Virus record (IMG/VR): IMGVR_UViG_3300010376_000085
Location: 1-36,181 of that record
Length of the DNA: 36,181 nucleotides
Source of the DNA: a virus
Taxonomy: Duplodnaviria > Caudoviricetes
Direction: 5' to 3' (one strand)
Positions 1 through 8,371 of this stretch are shown here, one piece after another (positions within the stretch are counted from its first letter, which is position 1; every line of letters begins with the position of its first letter). The notes under the pieces were generated by a model. It was not told where the DNA came from. It worked only from the letters and a program-made list of their open reading frames with translations, and searched no databases. A program made the translations under genes and the position numbers.

Positions 1-1121
1 AGATAGCCGATATCCAAAATGCTGGCCTGAATGCCGCGCGGCTGGCCCGGCTCCGGCTCTTGAGCAGCATTCATATAGGTGGCCGCTGTCCGGCGCAGAT
101 CGTGCGGGGTGAATTTCGCCACGCCCAGCGGAGTAAAGCGATCTTGCTGCGGAATGCCCGCCTTCTTGCCGCCGAAAGCCCAATACACCGCGTGCGAAAT
201 TTCGATATTGGTAATCGCCCGGTCGCCATAGGGAAACAGGAAATCGCCATTGGTGAGGCGCATCCTGCGGCTAAGAATTTCGACCGCCAGATCGTTTAGC
301 GTCACTTTGTGCATGTGGCCATTTTTGGTTTCAGGGATGGTCCAGATGCGATGCTGTAAATCTACATCCCCACGCCTGACTCCAGCGCATTCGCCGGGGC
401 GCTGGCCAGTGGCCAAGATAAGGCGCAGCACATCAGGCACGATATCGGCGTCATAAAGTGCATCATCCGCCCGATGCCAGATTGTGGCGACTTCTGCCGG
501 GCTAAGGAAGCGGGTTTTGGCTTCGCCCTTTTCGCAAGGCGTTTCCGCGCACGCCAGCGGATCGATGCCGGACTCGATATGACCCTCGCGCACGCCAAAG
601 GCCGCCAAGCCACGCACATATTGATAGAGCTTTAGCGCTGCCTCATGCGTGCCCGCCGCCATGATGGGCTTCAAAACCATCTTCCAGTGCTTATAGCGGA
701 AATCTTTCACCAGCACGCCGCCGATGACCGGAGTCACATGAAGCGCGAAAGCGGCCTTGACCCGGTAGCCGGTCTTGATCGATTTGGGGCCCGCCACCCG
801 TTCGGCGCAATACAGATCAATTAGCTGCGCCATCGTTATGAAATCGGAATCCAAGGTATGGTCCAGGCTAGGGTCTTTCCCGGCCTCGATCAGTTTCCAC
901 TTGGCTTCGCAGCGCTTGCGGGCATCTTCCAGGCTGGTGCTGGGATAGGTGCCTAAGCCCAAGCGCGTGCGCCTGATCGGCTTGGTCCCGGGGATGGGAT
1001 AGACCATCCCCCAAGTCTGCTTGGTCGCCCCAGTGCGCAGGAATAGCCCACGCTGGCCCAGATCAAACATTTCCGGGCCTTTGGGTTTTTTGCAGAGCAT
1101 ATCATTGAGAAGAATTTGCAT
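1..1121 (-). CDS. int: Tyrosine integrase, P4-like with N-terminal arm-binding domain (3' end beyond the window)
   Basis: Not in the ORF track because there is no stop in the window. Hand translation from ATG at 1121 (SD AAAGGG) gives MQILLNDMLCKKPKG..GLFLRTGATKQTW..RLGLGTYPSTSLEDARK (arm-binding domain), LILATGQRPGEC (catalytic R), WTIPETKNGHMH (K) and FTPHDLRRTAAT (HxxR). The frame is open to base 1. Confidence 0.95.
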   Translation of the reverse strand, partial: MQILLNDMLCKKPKGPEMFDLGQRGLFLRTGATKQTWGMVYPIPGTKPIRRTRLGLGTYPSTSLEDARKRCEAKWKLIEAGKDPSLDHTLDSDFITMAQLIDLYCAERVAGPKSIKTGYRVKAAFALHVTPVIGGVLVKDFRYKHWKMVLKPIMAAGTHEAALKLYQYVRGLAAFGVREGHIESGIDPLACAETPCEKGEAKTRFLSPAEVATIWHRADDALYDADIVPDVLRLILATGQRPGECAGVRRGDVDLQHRIWTIPETKNGHMHKVTLNDLAVEILSRRMRLTNGDFLFPYGDRAITNIEISHAVYWAFGGKKAGIPQQDRFTPLGVAKFTPHDLRRTAATYMNAAQEPEPGQPRGIQASILDIGY

Positions 1122-1147
1122 TTTGGTCCCTTTCTGGCGGACTTGGT

Positions 1148-1456
1148 TTGGAACGCGATTGGAACGGAACGGTTTCGCTTGTAACAATCTTGTACCGACT
1201 AAGTACAACTATAAACGACTCTGAAAATGCAACAAAGCCTTTATCCATGCGGGTTTCTTGCGTCTTAGACAGTCGTTTACTGGTTGTTACAGGCGACTGG
1301 AGAAATAGCAACCTTTTCCCTTATGCGCAACAGGTTTCTTTGCTGGATTTTTGGGATCGACACCAATGAAATCAATGGCTTACAAGGCCATTTTTTGAGG
1401 CTCAAAATCAATTTGGAACGCTATTGGAACGCGAATCCGGTCGATCTCCGTTCCAA
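1148..1456. other. Putative attP with arm-type repeats and an IHF site
   Basis: TTGGAACG direct pairs with 11-bp period at 1148/1159 and 1413/1424, an inverted copy CGTTCCAA at 1449-1456, and AATCAATGGCTTA (1370-1382) matching the IHF consensus WATCAANNNNTTR. AT-rich, non-coding, and adjacent to int. The core was not identified. Confidence 0.7.
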
Positions 1457-1469
1457 GGCCCAAAAGCCC

Positions 1470-1510
1470 AAAGCAATCCGGCCCCGATGCAGGGGTGCAT
1501 CGGGGCCGGA
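1470..1510 (-). terminator. Intrinsic terminator-like hairpin
   Basis: Perfect 15-bp stem TCCGGCCCCGATGCA/TGCATCGGGGCCGGA (1477-1510), followed by TTGCTTT on the - strand. Confidence 0.7.
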
Positions 1511-1596
1511 AAGGGCTGTAAGCGGGGCCACTGGGGCTAACGGGCTGGGGGCGGGTTAGGGGCGGCCCCGCCCGTCAATAGTGGGGCTACTGACAA
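1470..1596 (-). ncRNA. Candidate sRNA-1, multi-hairpin with C-rich loops
   Basis: Promoter TTCCGC-N17-TACATG (1630-1602). Hairpins at 1574-1594 (loop CCCCA), 1549-1573 (loop containing GCCCC) and 1477-1510 (loop CCCC). No credible ORF. Confidence 0.5.
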
Positions 1597-1603
1597 ACCA
1601 TCA

Positions 1604-1620
1604 TGTACGCCTAGCGCACA
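1604..1620. promoter_or_regulatory. Operator TGTAC-N7-GCACA (1 mismatch)
   Basis: TGTACGCCTAGCGCACA overlaps the -10 box of a leftward promoter. Confidence 0.6.
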
Positions 1621-1665
1621 TTAAGCGGAAGGGGGGAGCGGCTAATTTACTAGTGCATAGGTAGG

Positions 1666-2127
1666 TCAAGCATCCTCCCTCAAGACTGGCATCCGGCGAT
1701 AAGGTGCCGTGCAGCCTTCATCCCACGGAAACCGCCCCTGCGGATCAGGAATTATCACTTGCATAATTTCGTAATCGTCGCCCCAGATATTAGAGGCTTG
1801 GACTGCGTAGTCCGTGCGGGCGGTCTTACCAGCTTTGAGGATATGGACGCCGAACTTGCCGCCCAGCGATACAGTTTCGCCGTCGCGCAGATTCATTCCC
1901 GACAATTTATTGAGCAGCACCATAGCATTGATCTGATTGTTGATCCCGATGACTAGCAACTCCGGGCGATCCTTCAAGGCGTTGCCAATCGTGTAAGCGA
2001 AGGGAATGAAATCCGGCTCATCCTTGCTCTGGAATACGCCAATCACGCTCCGGCCATGCTTCTGAATATTCTGCAAGACTGACCGTTGCAGCCTGCGCAT
2101 CGCGGCTTCTATTTCTTTCTTACGCAT
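1666..2127 (-). CDS. DUF4262-like protein
   Basis: Motifs PFAYTIGN..PELLVIG and QVIIPDPQGRFPWD. Overlaps the upstream ORF. Confidence 0.75.
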   Translation of the reverse strand: MRKKEIEAAMRRLQRSVLQNIQKHGRSVIGVFQSKDEPDFIPFAYTIGNALKDRPELLVIGINNQINAMVLLNKLSGMNLRDGETVSLGGKFGVHILKAGKTARTDYAVQASNIWGDDYEIMQVIIPDPQGRFPWDEGCTAPYRRMPVLREDA

Positions 2128-2410
2128 CGCGGCCTCGCTTCGCCAGTGGATTACACTCGATGCAAAGCGTCACCAGATCGGCTCCGCACTCAAAGCAGCG
2201 AATGCGACCGGGAAGCGGAAGCTCGATGGTCGCAAAAAGCTCACGCATCTGTTTGGCTGTGACGCTGGTAGAGGCTCCGCTACCCATGAAGTGCAGCACT
2301 ATGGAATCGTCAGCGATTGGTTCCTTGCGCAGCACAGCGTCAGCCTGCACCATTGCCCACCATAGGCCAAGCGATGCAAAGGCATCGGCGCGAGGATCAT
2401 CTACGCTCAT
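2120..2410 (-). CDS. Hypothetical protein with C-terminal CxxC..CxxC Zn ribbon
   Basis: CFEC..CIEC. Start MSVDDP chosen from overlap with the upstream gene; the ORF extends to 2443. Confidence 0.55.
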   Translation of the reverse strand: MSVDDPRADAFASLGLWWAMVQADAVLRKEPIADDSIVLHFMGSGASTSVTAKQMRELFATIELPLPGRIRCFECGADLVTLCIECNPLAKRGRDA

Positions 2411-2573
2411 GCTTGGTCCGCGCGTCCTTTTGTTTTTTCTCATCGATCAGATTGTAAGCCTGATCGAAATTCATCACGCGCCCCACCGTTTTGCCATCAA
2501 GCGTGATATAGACGGCATCCGCACCGCTCACTTGCTCGATGGTATAGCCCCGGTATGTTTCTTTGCGCGTCAT
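2397..2573 (-). CDS. Small hypothetical protein (58 aa, MTRKETYRGYTI)
   Basis: SD GAGGA before the ATG at 2573. First gene of an overlapping three-gene operon. Confidence 0.65.
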   Translation of the reverse strand: MTRKETYRGYTIEQVSGADAVYITLDGKTVGRVMNFDQAYNLIDEKKQKDARTKHERR

Positions 2574-2584
2574 CTGATCCTCAA

Positions 2585-2697
2585 TTAAAGCGCTGGCGGG
2601 ACCATTACAGCTATCACGCAACAGAAGCGTATCGATCCCGCCAGCTTGCAACGCGCGCAGGCTAGCCCAAGGATGGGGGGCAGCGCGCGCCGCAATA
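2585..2697 (-). ncRNA. Candidate sRNA-2 or structured leader with two hairpins
   Basis: Promoter TTGGCC-N17-TACATT (2731-2703). Stem 2646-2658/2683-2695 encloses CCCCCCAUCCUU. Stem 2592-2645 has loop UCUGUUGCGUGAU and is followed by GCUUUAAUU. Confidence 0.6.
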
Positions 2698-2704
2698 GGT
2701 TGAA

Positions 2705-2721
2705 TGTACTCGAAACGTACA
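2705..2721. promoter_or_regulatory. Operator TGTAC-N7-GTACA
   Basis: TGTACTCGAAACGTACA, perfect match, overlapping -10 TACATT. Confidence 0.7.
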
Positions 2722-2737
2722 GGCTGGCCAAGCCCGG

Positions 2738-2980
2738 CTAACCCCTTGGTTTCTTTGGCACCAGATCGGCCAGATCGATGCCCAGAACCTTGGCGATATC
2801 GGCAAGGCGGCCCATCGTAATCCGATTTTCGCCGCTCTCATACTTCTGAATCTGTTGTAGCGATACGCCAAGCGCTTGGGCCAGTTTGCGCTGGGTTATG
2901 CGCGGCTTGGTCGCCAAACGCGCTTGGCGAATACGCTCTGCCGTCGCCACATCGATGGCATGGGGCCATTTTTTGTTCAC
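2738..2980 (-). CDS. XRE-family HTH regulator (PraR-like)
   Basis: IDVATAERIRQAR..TQRKLAQALGVSLQQIQKYESGENRI. GTG start 5 nt after TATTAT, probably leaderless. Confidence 0.85.
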   Translation of the reverse strand: MNKKWPHAIDVATAERIRQARLATKPRITQRKLAQALGVSLQQIQKYESGENRITMGRLADIAKVLGIDLADLVPKKPRG

Positions 2981-3071
2981 TGGGCATAATATGCACACTA
3001 GGGAACAAATAACAAAAATTAGCCGCCAGCCTTTCGGCCAGCGGCGTTTGTGGCTTACCTGTAAAGGCAGG

Positions 3072-4463
3072 CTATAGCTCTGCGCTTGCGATCCAACCGC
3101 CGTCAATTAAATAACTCAAACCGAGAGTAAAATTGCCTGCATTGGTATTCACCTGTCCAGTGAACCCGCCCGCACTGTTAGGTGTTAAAGACATTCCAGT
3201 GCCCGCTACCCATGCAGAACTAGTGGGATAGTAAAAATTCCAGACACCGTTATTGCCTGCATTGGTGCCGCGATACGCGACCATTCCCGGCGTGGCTCGC
3301 ATTGGTGGAGAAAATTGTGTAAGCACTCGCGCAGCGGCGGTTGTATAAGCCGCCACGTTGCCAACTGTTGAACCAGCCGCCCCATCACCTGGAACGATCC
3401 CGAGTGGATAACTTGTCTGAAAGTATCGCTGACACAGCAAAAGCTCTTGGCCAAATTGCCGCCGCTCGAATGGCGTTGCCAGTGGCACGGCTGGCGTTGC
3501 GCCGGGCGGGGCAAGCTCTAGCTGAATATCTCCAATGTACATATTCGCGCCGTTGGTCGCCAAAATGCCGCCGCCAATCGGCCCATTAAACAGATTGCCG
3601 GTTATCCAAGCGTTGGGCGTTTGCACCCCGCCCGAACCGATGTTGAAACGAACCACAAGCGCGGCTGTGTTATCTCCCGAAATGGCATGAGCAGTGTCGC
3701 CTGGAATAGTGAAAATAACTCTTTGCGGTGTGCCCGCCGTGGCGGAAAACGATAAATTATAAGTCCAGCTATTTGTGACATTCACCAAGCTCACGTAATA
3801 GGTCGCAGTAATATCCGCCTGAAACAAAAACGATAACGAAAGCGATTGCGCAGAGGCGTTGCCATACGCCAAGTCAGGGACATTAAGCCCCTCTATAAGC
3901 TGATCCACTGCAAAATAATCGGATGAAAGCGTGGCATACGCCGAAAGCGATGTGATTTTGAGAAGGTGCGAGGAACCGCCAAGCGTGGCGAACCTATAAT
4001 CACCGCTTACGCCTTGAACGGAAAATTTATTTCCCAGGCTCAACATGCAACGCCAGCGGTCAACGCAGTATTGACCGCCTGCTGTGGTTGTTAGCGCCGC
4101 GCCAGCGTTGCGCTGGTCAATCCTGAAATCGCCATTTATAAGCCGGTTGCGGCCTACACCCGCACCATACCCACCAATCGTTGCTGGCCCCGTCACGGTC
4201 AAGCTGCTGACATTCGCTGGCTGGCCATAACTCAGTGCGTCGCCCAGCGTCGTGGCCGCGCCCAATCCCGTCAGCTTGAAACCGCCCATCGGGATATTAT
4301 TGGTCGGCGTCGATTGTCCATCCTTACAAATGCAATTCGACAAACCTGCCGCAAGATCGGTATTTAGCTGATTAACAACCGTGCTCGAAATCACTGTGCC
4401 GGTTGTGAACGGCAAGCCCGTCCCAGTAATGACGAATTGACCGGAGCCATTGAATGCACTCAT
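3072..4463 (-). CDS. Tail fibre / receptor-binding protein
   Basis: N-terminal attachment-like DLAAGLSNCICKDGQST, plus RNRLINGDFRIDQR and ATPFERR..ELLLCQRYF motifs of phage fibres. Last gene of the virion operon. Confidence 0.8.
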   Translation of the reverse strand: MSAFNGSGQFVITGTGLPFTTGTVISSTVVNQLNTDLAAGLSNCICKDGQSTPTNNIPMGGFKLTGLGAATTLGDALSYGQPANVSSLTVTGPATIGGYGAGVGRNRLINGDFRIDQRNAGAALTTTAGGQYCVDRWRCMLSLGNKFSVQGVSGDYRFATLGGSSHLLKITSLSAYATLSSDYFAVDQLIEGLNVPDLAYGNASAQSLSLSFLFQADITATYYVSLVNVTNSWTYNLSFSATAGTPQRVIFTIPGDTAHAISGDNTAALVVRFNIGSGGVQTPNAWITGNLFNGPIGGGILATNGANMYIGDIQLELAPPGATPAVPLATPFERRQFGQELLLCQRYFQTSYPLGIVPGDGAAGSTVGNVAAYTTAAARVLTQFSPPMRATPGMVAYRGTNAGNNGVWNFYYPTSSAWVAGTGMSLTPNSAGGFTGQVNTNAGNFTLGLSYLIDGGWIASAEL

Positions 4464-4472
4464 GGAGAATCC

Positions 4473-6596
4473 TTATTGGCCGCCGAATGCACTTTGACCG
4501 GAGAGAATTGCAGCTAGCGCCGCTGGCGGAATCGATTGGCGAACATTGACGCCGCGCTGGCCTTCGCGGCGCATGGCATTCTGAATCGCATCAGCAGCGT
4601 TATCGGGATTTTGCAACAGTCCGGCGAGTTGTGTCGCGCCCGCTCGATCCAACGCATTGCCGATATAACCAGCCGCTTGACCAATAATACCACCGCCTGG
4701 AAGCGCACTGAGAGAATGCCGCGCCATGAGATTTGCAAGATCGGCTGCTGTTCCTGGGCCGCCACCAGCGACGGCCATTTTAACGAAATTTGGAGCTTCC
4801 ATGCGCTGTGACGCTGTTCGCACTGCATCTAAGCGAGCCTGAATATCCGGCGCGATCAGATCGCCATATTTGCCGGTAGAATTGCTCTCGATAATCTGAT
4901 TGATCGCTGCGCGCGTCGAAATTGGATTTTGACCGCTCAGATCGATTGCGCCGCCTGTTACTTTATCGGCCAAATCATTGCGGATATTGCGCAGCGCTTC
5001 GATGCTGTTTACATCCGCCGAATGCTCTCGAAAAGCATCAAGATAATCGCCCCACATTCCGCCGCTGGCATGATTTAAAATAGAATCCATCATACCAACG
5101 GCACCAGTGGACGCCGCGCCCGCCGATTTAATTGCTGATCCTTGCTCGCTTAACGGTTGTCCAGCCCGCGCACTCAAAGCCTGCGTAATTGTCCTACGGG
5201 CCTCACCGATTGTTTCTGCGCCTGCTGTGCTAGTTTGATCCGCAGTACGGTTAAGCAGATCAGCCAATCTACTCACGCCCGCATTGACGCCGCGCGGCCC
5301 TGCCATTTCTTGGGCGGCCAAATCGCGAAGCGGCTGGACTCCAGTCGTACCAAATAATTCTGCGCGATCCGCAGCGGGACTCTCCAAGCCAACTTGACCA
5401 ATCTGCTGGCCAACGCGATTGGCGGCTGCTGTCGCGGGATCAGTCATCGTAAATCCCGGTCCCGCAACGCCGGGCGTATTAACATTTTGTTGCGTCCGCG
5501 CCGCTTCCGTCGCTGCTTGCTCCTGAGCGATTTGGGCCTGCCGCGCAATTGGATCGGCAGGATAATGCGCAGCGCTCAAATCTTCCCAGCCGCCAAAGCC
5601 AGCGCTTGGTTCTAAGCCACCTTGATTTGCTAAAGAAAAAGCGGCTGCGCGCATTGGATCGGTAGCCGTCGCACGCGCCTGTTGGGCAGCGCGGAACGCC
5701 GCATCATCATAAGGATTCACAATATCGCGCATCGCACCATATAACTGGCTATTCTGCTGCGACTTAAAACCAGCCCATTGCGGCGATGCGCTGGGGTGCA
5801 TCTGATTAGCGCGTTCCAACTGTATGATACCGGGATCTAAGGTAGCTTGGCCTGCCGACAAATCGACGCCCGGCACGCCGCTATCGGAATTGCGCAGATC
5901 GGAAACCACTTGCTGCGGCGTGCTGGTAATGCGCGAAGCATCAAGCAGCGCATTCTCGGCCCGATTGGCTGGAAGTAGATCGGCCAATCGCGATGCTGCC
6001 GCCGTCGCTGGGCGCAACAATTGCGGACTTCCGCCCAGTAGCGCAGCAGCAAGCCGCGCAAACGGCTCACCCGATGTGCCCGCCGTCGCTTGGCCTGCGC
6101 TTTCACTGGCTACGGCTGGAAGCAATACATTCCGTGCGCGCGCTGCTAGTCCAGCTTCCCCACCTAATGCCGCAGGCGCAAACTCGCCTATCGTTTCGGC
6201 ATACTTGCCCGGCAAAGTTTGTGGGGTATGAAAACCGGGGCCGTACATCGAAAAAGCTTGATTCAATGCTTCGGCAGAAAGCGGGCTTTTGGGCGTTTGA
6301 ATATTCTGGCCAGTAATCTTATTGGCTAGCCAATCCATGCCGCCAGTGGCCCAATCTTCGACCGTACCGGGCAATCCAATTGTGCCAGTTATTCCTTTTA
6401 CTACGCCACTAGGCAAAGATTTTGCGATATCCTCGACATAACCAACACGCGCGCCGCCACCTTGCTGCTTAGCCGCAGCAATTGCTGCATCAGGATCGAA
6501 ACCCTTTTTCTTTAAGTCATCGGGCGAAATCATCGGCGCAGGCGCGGCCTGCGTTTGCTGTGCCGCTGCTATCGCCGCATCGGGATCGAATGCCAT
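4473..6596 (-). CDS. Large DNA-ejection (internal virion) protein
   Basis: 707 aa, Ala/Gly-rich, with FDPDAAIAAA twice at the N-terminus. Position typical of podovirus ejection genes. Confidence 0.65.
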   Translation of the reverse strand: MAFDPDAAIAAAQQTQAAPAPMISPDDLKKKGFDPDAAIAAAKQQGGGARVGYVEDIAKSLPSGVVKGITGTIGLPGTVEDWATGGMDWLANKITGQNIQTPKSPLSAEALNQAFSMYGPGFHTPQTLPGKYAETIGEFAPAALGGEAGLAARARNVLLPAVASESAGQATAGTSGEPFARLAAALLGGSPQLLRPATAAASRLADLLPANRAENALLDASRITSTPQQVVSDLRNSDSGVPGVDLSAGQATLDPGIIQLERANQMHPSASPQWAGFKSQQNSQLYGAMRDIVNPYDDAAFRAAQQARATATDPMRAAAFSLANQGGLEPSAGFGGWEDLSAAHYPADPIARQAQIAQEQAATEAARTQQNVNTPGVAGPGFTMTDPATAAANRVGQQIGQVGLESPAADRAELFGTTGVQPLRDLAAQEMAGPRGVNAGVSRLADLLNRTADQTSTAGAETIGEARRTITQALSARAGQPLSEQGSAIKSAGAASTGAVGMMDSILNHASGGMWGDYLDAFREHSADVNSIEALRNIRNDLADKVTGGAIDLSGQNPISTRAAINQIIESNSTGKYGDLIAPDIQARLDAVRTASQRMEAPNFVKMAVAGGGPGTAADLANLMARHSLSALPGGGIIGQAAGYIGNALDRAGATQLAGLLQNPDNAADAIQNAMRREGQRGVNVRQSIPPAALAAILSGQSAFGGQ

Positions 6597-8359
6597 TAAG
6601 GTATCCCATAAAGCTGCTTAATCGAAGCCAAACGTGGATCGCGCGCATTCTTAGGGTCTTGCGCCCACTTCATTGCATCGTCGCGACTCTGGCCGCCGAT
6701 ATTGCCCTTGCCGGTTGCTTCTTCTGCCGCTTGCCCTTGCGCCAATAGCTGCTTGCCTAATGGCGAGAGTCGATCCGGCAGATCGGTTAGACCTTGTGTC
6801 ACAGATTGATAAGTGCGGTTGCTGTTGGCCATCTGACTACCCAGCAAACCCTTCGCGCCATTGATCGCGCCCATGATCGCCTCGGGCGAGTTAGAGCGTG
6901 AAAGATTGGTTGCTGCTGTATTGCGCTCACCTTCACCGCCACCGCCCGGTACAATGCCCTTAACCAATTCCTGGGCTGCGATATCGCGCACGGCATTGTA
7001 GGTTGTTGGCGCAGGCTGTCCTAGCCAAGATTCAACAGCATTCTTTGCACTGTTAAGTATGGGCGACCCGGTATTATTCAGATTCGCCGCTAGTGTGGCC
7101 AGCATATCAAGATGATTGGCAACATTATCCATTGACATGAATTGCTTACCCTGAGCGCTTGTTGCCCATGCCGCCCGCGCTTTATCTTTGGTTGCAAACG
7201 CAGTCTGATCGTAATTTGGATAAGCCTGATCCACCATATTCATAAACTTGATGCTGGCATCAGTGACGCGATTAGCGCCGGGCTGGCGATAAGTGCCAAC
7301 GGCTTCAATCTGCTTGGCCAAACCCGGATTTGTTTGTGCCACCTTATCCAAAAATGCTTGGCCAGCTAGTCCGCCTGTACCTTCAAGCGGCGCATAAGGA
7401 TTGGCCGCACGCTGAATCGCTTCGGTTGCACGATCATGCTGCACTTCTTCATTGACTCGCGCCTGAGCGATCCGCGCATTGGCTATTTGGTCTGCTGTTT
7501 GTGGCAGCTTATTTTCGTAATCAGCAAGGTCTTTCCTGGTCTGCTCATCAAGATTAGCGGTTAAGATCGCTTTGTCATGCTCTGCCTGCGACATTGGCAG
7601 AGTAAGATTGTAAAGCTGATTTTGCCGCTGCATAAGATTATTGAATACGGCTTGCTGATAGGCTTGTGTTTGCGGCCCGCCACGCACTCCCATTATCTGC
7701 GCCATCTGATTGGTAATTTGATTTTGTTGATCCTGAATCCCCATGCCGGGTTGCATGCCAGCTTGTGGCAGCGCTAGCGCTCCAATCTGGCCGGGCATCT
7801 GAGTCAGTGGAATATGCGGCGGCATCGCTGGCCCAGTCGGCGGCGGCTGCGGTCCAGCCGGACCTGCTATGGGAGCGCTAGCAGGCGACGGTAACGCGGG
7901 ACCAGCCGCTCCGCCGCCTGCCGTAGCGCCTGCGCCTGCCACTGGCGACGGCGCAGAAGGCGCAACAGGACCAAGTTGCTGGCCGGAAGGCGGGGCCGTT
8001 CCTTGCCCGCCTTGGCCCGCCAATATCTTGGCGATCTGCTGCGTTCCCGCAATATCTTGCTGGCCCATCGCGGCCATCTGTTGTCGTGCGCGCGCTTCAT
8101 CGCGAGCCGCGTCAAAGCCTTGCAAACCTTTGGCCAACACACTGGCCCACGAAATCGGCGCGGCTGCGCCCCAGCCGCCTCTTTGTATATCGATGGGCGA
8201 AGCTGCTTGTTGCCGCAATTGATCGGCAAGCGCTTGGTTGCGCTGAATCTGCGCCTGTTGCTGCTGCCATGTTAAGGTACTGGGATCGGGTGGCGCGAAC
8301 ATATTTACAACGGAGTTGTAAGCGTCACTGACTCCTTGCTGTATTCCGGGCCAACTCAT
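6596..8359 (-). CDS. DNA-ejection (internal virion) protein
   Basis: 587 aa, Q/P/G-rich, overlapping the next gene. Confidence 0.65.
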   Translation of the reverse strand: MSWPGIQQGVSDAYNSVVNMFAPPDPSTLTWQQQQAQIQRNQALADQLRQQAASPIDIQRGGWGAAAPISWASVLAKGLQGFDAARDEARARQQMAAMGQQDIAGTQQIAKILAGQGGQGTAPPSGQQLGPVAPSAPSPVAGAGATAGGGAAGPALPSPASAPIAGPAGPQPPPTGPAMPPHIPLTQMPGQIGALALPQAGMQPGMGIQDQQNQITNQMAQIMGVRGGPQTQAYQQAVFNNLMQRQNQLYNLTLPMSQAEHDKAILTANLDEQTRKDLADYENKLPQTADQIANARIAQARVNEEVQHDRATEAIQRAANPYAPLEGTGGLAGQAFLDKVAQTNPGLAKQIEAVGTYRQPGANRVTDASIKFMNMVDQAYPNYDQTAFATKDKARAAWATSAQGKQFMSMDNVANHLDMLATLAANLNNTGSPILNSAKNAVESWLGQPAPTTYNAVRDIAAQELVKGIVPGGGGEGERNTAATNLSRSNSPEAIMGAINGAKGLLGSQMANSNRTYQSVTQGLTDLPDRLSPLGKQLLAQGQAAEEATGKGNIGGQSRDDAMKWAQDPKNARDPRLASIKQLYGIP

Positions 8360-8371
8360 GCCTGTACTCCG

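Noticed and set aside
1305-1332. dif-like site: GTTGCGCATAA on the - strand resembles a XerC arm
   Set aside because: The other arm (AGGTTGCTATT) does not resemble the XerD arm TTATG..., and the phage has its own integrase.
60-1559. Short ORF-track ORFs over the int and attP region
   Set aside because: Explained by the unlisted integrase frame and non-coding att/RNA elements.
1513-1562. G-quadruplex pattern on the + strand
   Set aside because: The pattern is present but is better explained as the complement of the C-rich motifs of sRNA-1.
3072-4463. Diversity-generating retroelement target in the tail fibre
   Set aside because: No reverse transcriptase and no template repeat were seen in the window.
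4473-8359. Tape measure protein
   Set aside because: There are no tail tube or chaperone genes; the adaptor-nozzle-GNAT context indicates podovirus ejection proteins.
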